Below, in pieces: positions 11,111 to 22,679 of a stretch of 64,000 nucleotides of DNA. Source of the DNA: Rhynchopus sp. YZ270_cl-10 (Eukaryota). Each line of letters starts with the position of its first letter. Positions within the stretch are counted from its first letter, which is position 1. The position numbers were made by a program, and so were the translations under genes. The notes under the pieces were generated by a model that worked only from the letters and a program-made list of their open reading frames with translations, did not search any database and was not told where the DNA came from. The stretch lies in assembly GCA_964035575.1 (NCBI GenBank), contig OZ037841.1, positions 434,001 to 498,000 on the forward strand, written 5' to 3'.

Positions 11111-13369
11111 CTAGGGCACTGTGCTTCGCCGTGTCCTGACCGACCCTGCTGCTGGCGGCCTCTTAGGCCGAAGCACAGCGCCACTCCCACTCCGCTTTCC
11201 CTTTTTCCCTTTCACACCCTTCTGCAGCACACTCCCTCCTCCTCCTCCTCCATCCCCTGCCGCATCTCCATCTTCATTCCTCTTAGGGTGTTCCTTGGTG
11301 AACCAGGTTCCGACGCCTTTTTGGCGGTGTTGGGTTCCAAATGTTCCGAGCATAATTTCATCCACTGCAACAGGAAGCGTGGTGATCGGAGTAGCGAGAC
11401 AGTCGAGGTCTGGAGCAGGGGATGGGGAGGGGGATGCGAATCGGTCCCCCCCTTCGTTACGATGTTGAAGCCACCAGGAACGTCCGTCGTCGTTTATGAC
11501 GGAGCCTCCATCTGCAGAGCCTGGTCGTGGGTACATTAGGTGCTCTTCTCTGAGGCGTGCTTCGCGCTCTTCGCTTTTCTTGCGTTGCAGGGCGGCCGCT
11601 TTTTGGAGTTGTTCTCTTCGGAGAGCTGCGTTGTCTTCGTCTTTGCTCGCTAAATAGACGCTGTGCCATAGGTTGTTTACTCTGCACAATGCAAGCTGCT
11701 CTTCTCTTATTAACGAATCCCTCTCAAAATCCTCTGCCCGCACTGCAACAGAATACGCCATATCCGGCCTCCGTGAAGTAAATTCAAACCAAATATCATT
11801 CCGCAAATTCCCCTCCTTCGCTAAAAAAACAGAGCGTTCTGCTATATGCTTATATTCAATGGAGAATATCCGTTCCCATTGACGGTGTTGGGTGCTGATC
11901 TTCTTGCGTGCCATGGCTTGTCCGTTCTTCAGTCGTTGGATCTCACATTTTGAAAGATAAACGATGTTCTGTGAGAGCAAACTTTCGGAGTAAGTTTTGT
12001 GAACCGACACTGCATGCATCTCCCAGGAAGCCGCGCAGTCGGAGAAGAGGGTCTGGAGGAATCCGTACCTGGTGTAGATGGAGATCTGTCGGAGGAGGGT
12101 GGTGTGCGATGAAGCATAGTGTTGTAGTACTGCGGCGCGGCGTTCGGTCTCGGCGCAGCCCAGCCGCGTTGCTTGTGGACTACGTAGAGTGTTCAGCCCT
12201 ATGGGAAGGGCGACCCCAGATGGACCGTCAAACCCTCGACATATCTCCCTCACTGCCACGTCCTCTTCCACAGCGACCCGTCGCATTCCCCAGAGTGCGC
12301 AAAGACGGAGAAAGGCTTCTCCAGCTTCGTGTTCGCAGGCTCGTCTTGCGCTTTGTTCTCCTCTTTTAAGATGCATGCTCACCAATGCACTGTTAAATTT
12401 GACGTAGAGGATCTTCCTGCCTCGGAGTTCTGCAAGTTTGACGACACCACGTGAGCGGGCGCGGAGAAGCTGTTGTCTCATATTAATTTCTTTGAGGATA
12501 AGAAGGCTTTGTGCACGGAGCATTTTGTTCGTATAAATGGGGGGGATAGGGTTGGTGGGGGCGCCATTGAGGACCTTTTCTTGCGGAAAATCGAGTTCCA
12601 GGGAGTTGATTTCCATTGCGAAGGCACGTTTTGCGTCGGCGACTTGGGTATCAGCGAGGTGCTGGCGTTCTGAACAATCAATTTCCCGTTTGTCGACAAC
12701 CTTTAACGCATTTGGCGTGTCCAATGTGTTCAGTGGTGGTTTGTCTCGATCGTTCACACCTAGGTTGAGATTCATATTCGCCTCCACTGGAACGGATAAC
12801 CTAATAGGTGGTTCCTCCACCCTTTTCTCTTCACCCCACCAAAACGAGGCATCAATCGTCTGCTTATCCGCACCACGCGCACTTAATGAGGTCGACTTCC
12901 CTGCTGCAATTTCATGCAACGCTTTGCTTGTACTTTCGGTGATGCTGTGATGCACCTCGCCCCAATGCTGATGCACATCTTCGACCGTAAACCCCACCCG
13001 GCTGGTATCAGTTGACAACAGATCGGTTGCATTTTGCTCTGTGTTCGTCCTTAACAGCTTTGTCGCTTGACGGCCACTTCCGCTCGCCAAAAACCCGGTA
13101 GTTTGCTGTGCAGAAGGCCTCCGCCTACCTACTGAAGCATTGCTATGCGGCTGGTTAAACCGAAACCGTTGTGTCCCACGCTTCAACCTGCCCTGCCCTA
13201 CAGCGCGAGCCTTCAGTCTCTCAGCAAGGTCATTGCCGTGTAGAGATGTAGATGGTTCCTTCGTGGCGGGTGCAGTGTTTCCATGTGGAGGTGGAGGTGG
13301 CGGTGCAGAAACTGACGGCCCAAAATCCGTCAAAATAGTGACACTTCCAAACCCTCCAGAATCGGTCAT
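11111..13369 (-). CDS. Hypothetical protein, helical/coiled-coil
   Basis: Long GC-rich ORF; first plausible ATG is MTDSGG at 13369. E/R/A-rich heptad-like segments. No family recognised. Confidence 0.7.
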   Translation of the reverse strand: MTDSGGFGSVTILTDFGPSVSAPPPPPPHGNTAPATKEPSTSLHGNDLAERLKARAVGQGRLKRGTQRFRFNQPHSNASVGRRRPSAQQTTGFLASGSGRQATKLLRTNTEQNATDLLSTDTSRVGFTVEDVHQHWGEVHHSITESTSKALHEIAAGKSTSLSARGADKQTIDASFWWGEEKRVEEPPIRLSVPVEANMNLNLGVNDRDKPPLNTLDTPNALKVVDKREIDCSERQHLADTQVADAKRAFAMEINSLELDFPQEKVLNGAPTNPIPPIYTNKMLRAQSLLILKEINMRQQLLRARSRGVVKLAELRGRKILYVKFNSALVSMHLKRGEQSARRACEHEAGEAFLRLCALWGMRRVAVEEDVAVREICRGFDGPSGVALPIGLNTLRSPQATRLGCAETERRAAVLQHYASSHTTLLRQISIYTRYGFLQTLFSDCAASWEMHAVSVHKTYSESLLSQNIVYLSKCEIQRLKNGQAMARKKISTQHRQWERIFSIEYKHIAERSVFLAKEGNLRNDIWFEFTSRRPDMAYSVAVRAEDFERDSLIREEQLALCRVNNLWHSVYLASKDEDNAALRREQLQKAAALQRKKSEEREARLREEHLMYPRPGSADGGSVINDDGRSWWLQHRNEGGDRFASPSPSPAPDLDCLATPITTLPVAVDEIMLGTFGTQHRQKGVGTWFTKEHPKRNEDGDAAGDGGGGGGSVLQKGVKGKKGKRSGSGAVLRPKRPPAAGSVRTRRSTVP

Positions 13370-13619
13370 GATAACCTCATTTAAAGGGGGAGAGGAGGGG
13401 GAGGGTGACTGTAGTGGTGTTTGATGCGCATTTTTTGTGTTGGTTTTGCGTTTTGAGACAACGAAGTGGTTGCTAGGAAAACCGGGAGGGAAGGAAACAG
13501 GGCTCTTTTGGATCAAATGATTGGAACTGTGTGATTTGGAAATAAATACTGTGATCCTGAGACGCAATAGATTTTGCTTGTAGCAATGAAATGGATTAAA
13601 CTGAGGGACATCGCACCAT

Positions 13620-14200
13620 CTCGCCGTGGAGTACACAGTGCCCTGCGAGACACCGACCTACACAACACAGCAGGCAACAACAAAGCGTACGACGTGGAAT
13701 TCGAGGATCCTCTGGTGCCCTCGGCTTTGTAGACCACCTCTCCTCTGCCGCCCCAGGGTCAATGGCTGACCCGACGATATGGTCTGATAGCCATCCCCTT
13801 GCGCCCCGCTGATTTGGTACTTGCAGACGGCGCCTACCCGGCGTCGAAATATTGCATTGTCCCTAGCAGACGCATAAGCAAGAAAGGCGAGAACCGGACG
13901 AGAGCGGATGACCGCTTCTTCTCCAATCTCGACTCAGAGTCGTCGAGGGGCGTAAAAAGGCGGAAGGACCACCTCAGACTCAAAAAACGTCCGTTTCGAC
14001 GTCAAGGACCCAGGGTCATGTGCACAACTGGAGGAAGCACAAAGAGGTCTCATTCCCTTCAGAGAGGAATTCAGGTGCCTGACAGAAGGTGCGTGCGTGC
14101 AGGCGCTCCAGAAGGCGCCGAGGGGAGAGGGCCGATTGGCCGCGCTTTGCCCGCGTCGTCCGGTGTATGTGGTCATTCATCGAGAGTGTTTATTAATATT
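13620..14200 (+). pseudogene. Decayed PIF/Harbinger (DDE_Tnp_4-like) transposase fragment
   Basis: Frameshifted motifs APGSMADPTIW (cf. PGSxHD), LVLADGAYP...CIVP (cf. lgDxgYp...P) and RVVE, in the expected order. Confidence 0.55.
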
Positions 14201-15977
14201 TAGTGATTGCAATGACATCCCACATAACTCAATGAGGCATGGAACCAGCACCTCGATATGAGGTTGACGCCACCCTCATATATTTTCAGTAAAAAGAGAC
14301 GGGAAAAAATGGGGAGAGAGCTGTTATTTTGACGAATCACTGAGCAGAACCCATGGGGGTGGGGAGGGAGAAAAAAAAATGGTTTTTTTTTTATGCAGGC
14401 ACCTCCGACTGATACCAGCCATCGGATGAAAGCACAAAGCACCCTGCGGACAGAAGGTGTAAAAAGGAAACCAAATGGCTTGCCCGCACCGCAGTATGAA
14501 CGGAGACGGGAAACAACCTCTTGTTAGCCGGCGTCCCACCTTCTGTTGAAGAGTTGTGAACTTACAGGTACTTCTGTTCGCTGCCCAAATGTGGCAGAGT
14601 AGGCTAAGACACAGCAGAGCAAGTCTGGCCTGACTGTTGGTCGCTGTTTCATGCTACGGGTGCAAACACCCTTCAAGCATGGGGAAGCCACTGGCCCAGC
14701 ATTATTAAACCCGATCCAGGACTTAACTTTGCATTTAGTAGGGGCAGGGACGTTTACCTCCCTGAGGACAATACAGAATAGTCCCGCATACCCCCTCCGA
14801 CCGGAGAAAAAAAGAGGCAAAACGAGGCAAGGGGGAAAACCAGTGCAAAAAAAAGGAGGGAAATTGAAAGATGGGTGTGTTTCCTGCAGAAAAACCAAAA
14901 GCATATTCCCCCCAAAAAAAAAAATGTGGCCTGGAATACAAATCCTCTTGACAGTGTACCAGAAAAAAAGGGGGGGTTGAATAAAGTGAAATGGGGAAGA
15001 GGCATCCAATAGGTATCAAAGATAAATCCAGGTTTTAAAAAAACGTTGTAAGATGAATTGGCATCACGTGCACACCTTACACGCCCTGAAGAAAACACGA
15101 AGAAAATAGGACTTGAAAGACTAACCCCATCTGGTGCACATTCAGACTGGGATGAAGGGGAAAAAAGCCCCCATTGGTAAAATTAAACCTAATGTATTGC
15201 GTGTTTAATCACATTGATCACACAATTGCCATCATATAAAAAGCGTGCTTCGTCATCTCAAAAATAAATTTGTTTCCATAATTTGAAAAGGGGAAGAGTA
15301 GTGGACGAGCAGCGTTCCTTGGCTTCGTGCAGGGAACGAGAGGTTAAAAAGTGAGTTCTTCTTTTTTTTTTGGGGGGGGTTCAGGGCGTTCGCTATCGCC
15401 ATCGTTTTTTCCTGATCGTGGCGAAATGCCAAAAAACCCGAAATTTTTGCTTTTTTACTAGTGCTTAAAATAGGTCAAAAAAAATTTTCCGCCGGAGAGA
15501 AGCTAGTTCGTGGGGGGTGAATCCCTGGTACTGAGTGGTCAAAAAAAATTTGCGATTTGCGCGTGATCCCTTCCCCAGCACAAGTGCTATTACAGCTGCA
15601 CTTTCCTGACTAAAACCAGCAAAACGATGGAGAATTTCATCAATCCCCCCTCACTGAGGGTCTCTTTGTGTTGTTTAATCAAACAGATGTACAAGAGAGA
15701 GGCATCCGTCATATGAGACTTCATCCTTATTTTGATTATTTTCAATAAACTAAAACGTCTCTCTGCCGTTGAAGGTAGAGTTGACACGAGTAGTGACACC
15801 TTCTATAACAGGGGCTTCACCAGACTGCAGGATTGAGGAGCGGGAGTGCTGGGGAAACTTCCTCTCACGGCAGGCGGGTTTGCGGAACAGTGGACACCCC
15901 TCTGCGACCCCCCCTCCGGGGGGTCGACAGGGTGGTGGGGAGAAATCTCTCTCTCTTTATTTTTTTTTCTCCCCTTT

Positions 15978-15979
15978 TT

Positions 15980-16026
<47 letters not shown>

Positions 16027-16028
16027 TA
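15978..16028. repeat. (TTTA)n microsatellite
   Basis: Direct reading. Confidence 0.95.
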
Positions 16029-16140
16029 CAGGGTTTCGCCCCGGTGGGGCGAAGCCCTGGGGCGAAATAAAATGTCATTTTTTCAGGAAAAATTTTTTTT
16101 AACGAAAAAAAATATTTTTCGCCCCGGGGCGAACGCCCTG
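16029..16140. mobile_element. Possible small MITE with CAGGG...CCCTG termini
   Basis: cagggtttcgcccc / ggggcgaacgccctg inverted pair with internal ggggcgaa repeats. No TSD found. Confidence 0.45.
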
Positions 16141-16800
16141 GGGGGGTTGGAGACACATCGCCGTAGGGGTTTTATGCGCCTTTTTTATTACCTGCAAGCG
16201 TAGCTTAAAGGAGAAATAGTTCCTCAGATGCGGTCGCCAATCACAGGGTAATTGAGCAATCGACGAAAAACCTTTTTCCCCTTTTACTTACCTATCAGTT
16301 TTACTATTTTTTCTGGGGATTCGTTTTTGAGCGCAAGATACTTGAGCAAGTTCGAATGCTAAAAAAAATAGCGCCAGGTTCTACACCACAACCCCTTGGC
16401 AGACAACCCCCTCATCCATCAACGTGAAAAATGTGAAAAAAAACAAAAAAAAATGGTAGTTAGTTGATGCACCTCCGACTGACCTACGATACCAGCCATC
16501 CGATGAAAGCACAAAAAAAAGGGATTTTTAAGATGTACCCGAGCCTCTCTCTGTGCTCAAAAGGGCGCACTTCGACACACACCTGTAAGAGATGCTCACC
16601 CAGGAACTAGAAAAATGCTTCCCGAGTTAAAGAAAAAGATAACCAAAGAACGAAAGACTAAACAAACCTCAAAGAAAGCTTTGAACGATGAACACAGACA
16701 CTAAAGGGCACAAATACACGGAGTAGGACTGAAGGCAACCCACTGGAGAAGCAGGCACCGACAAAAGAAAAAGATAATCATGAAAACATGTTATGACATT

Positions 16801-16903
16801 CATACTGTGGGTGTTATAACATTATCGATAACGTTATAACAAGTGTTATTTCGGAATAACGTTATCGATAAAGTTATGATAACGTTATAACACCCACAGT
16901 ATG
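16801..16903. mobile_element. 103-bp MITE, CAT...ATG termini, 6-bp TSD GACATT
   Basis: 20-bp perfect TIR catactgtgggtgttataac / gttataacacccacagtatg. gacatt at 16795-16800 and 16904-16909. Confidence 0.9.
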
Positions 16904-17532
16904 GACATTTAATCACATTCTCTTTCTCTCTCTCGTGCACGGACATAGACTAAAATTAGAAGAAACGCATTCACACGCTGTGTATGTCGCAAAAGGAGGG
17001 AAAGTTTGCGTAATGAACAAAGAAAAATCGTCACCTTGATCAATCGTGAAAAGGTACAAAAAAATCCGCGAAAATGAGTTCAGTTAAAAACCCTGCATTT
17101 TTTTTGTCAACAACCACTCAAACACCCTTATATTGACCGAAGTCTTTTTTGTATGACGTAAGGCACCAACGTAGTTCGTCTTCAACCCTTCTTACGAGCT
17201 TTTTTCCCCCCTGCAATGGGAATACTGTATACTGGGTTTGAAGTTTCTTTTTGTTATTGCTACTGGGGTACAAAACGTACCCTTCAGGGAAGCAGCAGAA
17301 AATTATAACGTTTTTTGAAAACTTGGTTGTATTAGTGTAGCCACCCTAGAGTGTGCTCCACTATACTAAACACACATTTTTACGTCACGTTTTTTCTTCT
17401 TCTTCTTTTTTTGACAATTCGACTACGGGATGCCACCCTACAGATGGTCAGCACGCTTTAAAAAAAAATTTTTTTTAAGTTCGTACGTTCATCTACGTAA
17501 TTCACCTAATTTAAGGGAAGAAAAATTTCATA

Positions 17533-17862
17533 CCGTAAAAATATTTATTCTGGGCTGTAACTATTCTGAGACAGAAGTATACTGGACCGGAACAAAACTG
17601 GAACACTTGGGGTTTTTGGGGGTGTCCCAGTTTTGTTCCGGCCCAGAACAGTTCTGTTGGGGTAGAATTTTTATCCCCATTCCCACCCCACCCAGGTGCA
17701 TAGTGCATCTTTGGGCAAAAAAAATTCGTCGCACTCCTCGTTTTTTTTGACAAGGCACGGATACCCCCCCAAAACAATGCTGGTACGGAACAAAACTGGA
17801 ACAATCGACGATTTTTTGGGGTGTTCCAGTTTTGTTCCGGCCCAGAATAAATATTTTTACGG
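17533..17862. mobile_element. Tc1/mariner-superfamily (pogo/Tc2-like) MITE, TA TSD
   Basis: TA|ccgtaaaaatatttattctgggc ... gcccagaataaatatttttacgg|TA. Two internal ggaacaaaactgg / ccagttttgttcc hairpins. Confidence 0.85.
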
Positions 17863-18576
17863 TATACTTTCCATTGAAGAGAAAGCACACAAAAGGACGT
17901 TCAAAAAAAAAACTACACATCCCAAAGAGGACAAGCGTTAAGTAACCTAAGATTCTCGGCTCCTGAGTCTCGCTTAGTCACCTAATAAAAGGGGAAAAAA
18001 AGAGGAGGAAGGTTTTTGTACAAAAAGGCAATTGATTGAGGAGAGAAAAAAAAGCCAGATTCTTTCCCCCTCTCCCGTTTGCTGCTTGTAGCAACGGCTG
18101 CGCTACAAGGTTTCTCCCCCTTTTTTTGACCCTGAAATTTGGTTTCAAAAAAAAAAAGTCCATGACTATCTGCCTGAACTTTTTTGACATCCCGACATTA
18201 GTGTTGTCCCAATATACTCAGAACGGCAATCTGTCTGATTTAGTGCTATCCAGAAAACCAAAAAACGCGTGAACAAGATGAATGTACTTCATATGAGTAC
18301 ACATCTTAGAAAAGAACAAAAACGTTTACAAGATGGCCCTTATACTCTTGTACTTAGTCACATTGAACGAAAAGATATAAAAAAAAAAATACACACATAC
18401 GAAACGCCAAACACACAAAACGCACTATAAACAACGCTCATATCTGCCTTCCCCGAGACTGCAACACAAAAAACAAAAAAAAAAAAATAAAATGCTTCCC
18501 CACCAGGCTTTGCGCTAACTTCTGTCCTTTGTCCCGGGATTTTTGGATATTTTTGTGGTGCGTTTTTTTTTTGCAA

Positions 18577-19375
18577 ACCGGGGGTTCCTTAAGAAAACCA
18601 GAGAATCTCATATTTCATAGTAAGGGTACTTTAGAGTGTTTTCACACACACATGTGACCCCACCGTGGAGAGCAATCGGCTCGCGCGATCAAAAGAAAGC
18701 AGAGAAGAGGGAAAAGAAAAAAAGAAAAAAGTTGGGTACCGTGTGCCTGCGGCGCTACCTGTTCCTACCCTCCTTTATGTTTAAACATGATGTACTTATG
18801 TACAGTTCATTTTATTTTGAGTACGGCACCACATCCCCCCTGAGGATGATCCCCCCTCCCTCACGGATAAAGATTGATTAGGACGCCATGGGGCACACCC
18901 CCTCCGAGGCCATAACCGTCCTGGGTTTTCTCACTCTTCTCTGTGGTCACTGAAACCCCACCGCCATCACTACATTACCGATAGCTCTTCAGTACGTTGG
19001 GTTTTCAGACCTGAAAATAACCCTTGTTTACGAGTATGGGCTCATGTTTTGTCAAATTTTAAGTCGCTGCATTTTTGTCCATTTTTCCGTACATCCCCCA
19101 CCACAATCCGGGATTGGTTCGGAAATGCAACAAAACGACCTCTTGGCGGGAAAAAGCCACAGGAAATTTACGCACTTTTTGCAAACAGGGGGTTCCTTAC
19201 TAAAACCAGAGGAATCTCATCGTTCAGAGTAAGAGTACTTTAGAGTGTTTTTGCGCACACATGTGACCCCACCGTGGAGAGCAATCGGCTCGTGCAATCA
19301 AAAGAAAGCAGAAAAAAGGGAAAAATAAAAAGAAAAAAGTTGGGTACCGTGCGCCTGCGGCACTACCTGTTCCCA
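18577..19375. repeat. Diverged non-coding direct duplication (~610-bp period)
   Basis: ggggttcctta...acatgtgaccccaccgtggagagcaatcggctcg...gttgggtaccgtg at ~18580-18770 and ~19188-19373. Downstream ggttttcagacctgaaaat is also duplicated (19000 and 19406). Confidence 0.85.
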
Positions 19376-19434
19376 GTCAAAACACCACAATTTCATCTGA
19401 ATTTGGGTTTTCAGACCTGAAAATGCCCCTTGTT

Positions 19435-20008
19435 GGGGTGGCCCGTGGGCGCGGCTGAAATTGTGTTCTTTTTTTTAGGAGAAAATCACAAGAGGTCGCA
19501 ACAGAATCACAAAAAATCTTGTGATTATTTGTGATTATTTGTGATTTTTTTTTTACTGTCGTGATTATTTGTGACTTTTTGTGATTTTTTTTTTGATTGT
19601 TGTGATTTTTGGTGATTATTTGTGATTTTTGGTGATTTTTGGTGATTTTTTTTTTATTGCCGTGATTATTTTGTGACTTTTTGTGATTATTTTTTTGATT
19701 GTTGTGATTTTTGGTGATTATTTGTGATTTTTTGTGATTTTTTTTTTGATTGTTGTGATTATTTGTGATTATTTGTGATTTTTTTTTTATTGTTGTGATT
19801 TTTGGTGATCATTTGTGATTTTTTGTGATTTTTTTTTTGACTGCCGTGATTATTTGTGACTTTTTGTGATTATTTGTGATTTTTTTTTATATTGCCGTGA
19901 TAATTTACTATTATTTTTTTTGTGATTTTTTGTGATTTTTTGTGATTTTTTTTTTTTTTATTTTTTTTATTTTTGAAAAAAAAAAACGCCGTGCCCCCGG
20001 GCCACCCC
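19435..20008. mobile_element. TIR element filled with a TTGTGATT-type minisatellite, ~7-bp TSD
   Basis: TIR ggggtggcccg / cgggccacccc. Flanks ccttgtt / acttgtt. Empty paralogous site at ~19020 (cccttgtttacgagtatggg). Confidence 0.85.
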
Positions 20009-20046
20009 ACTTGTTTAAGAGTATGGGTTCATATTTTGTGAAAATT

Positions 20047-21187
20047 TATATCATACATTCCATGGTTCTCCGTATAGAAAAGCCTGTTTCTGGAGCCACT
20101 TTAAAGTGATAAAAAATCCGCCAAAAAAATGTTGCGACCCCGGAATTTTTTCAGATCGATCCGGAAATTCACTGCCGCCCATTTTCGGGGGTCAACAATT
20201 CACGACTTAGGTCGTAAATGCAACTGTCCGTGGACACATGGATTTTATAAAATTTTTCCCCCGATTTTTTCCCCGATTTTTATTTATTTGGAAAGATCGG
20301 TTACGAAAACGTTCAATTCCGGGGTCGCACGATTTTTTTTATGCCTCTGTGGCTGGTTAGGTGATTTTTGGCTGTGGGACCCCCTTTGGGAACATTTCTA
20401 TGCAGGTTTCTTAAGGACTTCCTTAAGAAAACCTCCTCTTTGGGTCGCCACACAGTGGCGTTTGTAAATTGATTTTTTTTTGGAGAAAGTTTTCGGTTTT
20501 TGTTTCCTTGGATTTATTTTGTACAAATCCTTCAATTTGGACATTTTTATTATCCCGGAAACACACTCCACGGTATGCAACTTTTTGTGGAGCCAACCCT
20601 TTTTTCACGTTTCTATGCAGGTTTCTTAAGGAATTCCTTAAGAAAACCTCCTATTTGGGTAGCAACACAGTAGCGTCTCTAAATTGGATTTTCTTTGAAG
20701 AAAGTTTTCGATTTTTTTTTCTTTGGAATTATTTTTTACAAATCTTTCAATTCCGACCATTTTTTTATCCCGGAAACACACTCCACGGTACGCAACTTTT
20801 AGTGGAGCCGACCCCCTTTTCTGCACTGAAATCCCTATGCATTACTGTATACACACCCATGGAGCCACTTTAAATTGATTTCTACTCCACGAAAGTGGTC
20901 GATTTTTTTTATGGTGAAAAGCGGGGAGCTCGGAAATTCACTGCCGCTGGTTTTCAGGGGGGAAAAATTACATGCCACACACCCACCTCACCGAGAGCCA
21001 AAACAGAAATACGCTCACCTTGATATTTTTTTTGGAAAAAATATTTTTTTTTCTGGATTTTTATTTCTTTGGATCCGGCCGTTTCGAAACGTTCAATTGC
21101 GGGGTCGGACGATCAAAAATATGCATCTCACATTTCTGAGTGCAAAATATGAAAAAGTATACGGAGAACCATGGAATGTATGATATA
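20047..21187. mobile_element. Non-autonomous TIR element with internal direct duplications
   Basis: 30-bp perfect inverted repeat 20047-20076 / 21158-21187. Internal ~215-bp tandem units at ~20396 and ~20611. TSD ambiguous because the flanks are AT-palindromic. Confidence 0.85.
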
Positions 21188-21960
21188 TATAATTATTGGG
21201 TAATTATTACCCCATAATTACACGCAGGTGTGTTTTTTGTCACGAGTGACCTAAACCCACGAGCGAAGCGAGTGGGTTTAGGTCACTCGTGACAAAAAAC
21301 ACACCTAAGTGTAATTATCTGGTAATAATTTCACATAATTAGTTTTTTTTTTATCGTGCAATTTTTGACGAGTGTACAAATCCGGCGAGTCCCCGTCACC
21401 CTCCAGTCACTGTATGTCGATGATGGGAGGGTGTATGTGGGGTGTATGGGAAATGTGCCGAAGTATGGATGTTGAACCGAAAAAGTGGGAGAGGGTATAA
21501 TTATTTGTGATCATTCTTGGTTTGGGGTTGGGAATCACATTTCAACAAGTTGGTAACAACTGTCTATCCTTGGACGATGCGAAGCGTGAAGTTGAGGTTT
21601 CCGGTGTGTTTTTCCGGGGTTTTTTTTTTTTTTTTGGCGGATAATCAAAAACGTGTTTGAGGGGCCTAGAACTGCTCAAATGGGTCAAATTTTGCTTTGA
21701 ATGGGCTCAAATCGTCGAAATTCCCCCTTATAGGGGGAAAAAAAATTTTTGCAGAGTCCCTTTCCCTTTGGCGACTTAGGATCACCAAAAGTGGGTTTGA
21801 GCGTGTAATTATTACCCATAATTACACGGCTGACATTTTTGGTCGCAAATCGCTAACGATTCATAATTACACGCTTGGTAATAATTACACGCTCCCAGAT
21901 TATAATTTTTGGTTCTTCCTGAAGGATTTGTACACGAGTCAAAAATTGCACGATAAAAAA
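21188..21960 (-). mobile_element. Helentron/Helitron2-like non-autonomous element (asymmetric IRs plus terminal hairpin)
   Basis: 37-bp IR (35/37) at 21347-21383 and 21924-21960. Perfect 35-bp stem at 21226-21306 with loop GAGCGAAGCGA. Confidence 0.6.
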
Positions 21961-22679
21961 GTCACTAAAATTTTGTCCATTTTCCCGAATATGCCCCACC
22001 ACAGCGCGGGATTGGCTCGGAAATGCCACAAAACACTGTTTTTTCACCCCCTGACGCACAACTATTTGAGGTGCGTTTTTTTGGTCCCGAAACACGATTT
22101 TTCAGATTTTTTTCCAAAAGTTAGCGCGAAGCCTGTTCCCCACCGAGGTAGGGTCTGTACTTTTGTTTGTCGCCAATTTCTCGCCAGAGAGATATGTATC
22201 CTTTACCCCATTCCCCCCCACGTGTTTTTTGTTGTTTTTTGTTTTTTTTTTCCGAAGAATTGTTGGAATAGTGTAGTTGCCAAGCTCCACTGGTGTTTGT
22301 TTTGCTCCTTTTTTGTAATTTTTGTTTGGGAAGGCTCGTTTTTCCATTCATTGTTACGTGGTGACAATAAATGGAGAAACGAGCCTTCCCTTTTCTGAAC
22401 AAAGACAAAAAAGCAACTCATTACCCTTAATCCCGACTGTGATCAGAGCTCACCATTTCCTTACCATCTTCTTGACTACTCCGCCGTCCTTCACCTCGAC
22501 CCTCTGATGGACCTGCGTCTGAAAATCCTGTTTTATTTTTAGTTTTTTCCAAAAATGCATGCAACCCAAAATATCACAGAAAAGTTTGAACTCATCTCTC
22601 ACCTCCCCTACACCTCTACAAAAAGCCCCTCAAACCTCGTTACCTTCCCATTTTTTCCACCCATTTTCCCCCCATACAA

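Noticed and set aside
21697..22398. 233-aa plus-strand ORF
   Set aside because: Low-complexity F/K-rich translation across a repeat boundary, non-ATG start, no motif.
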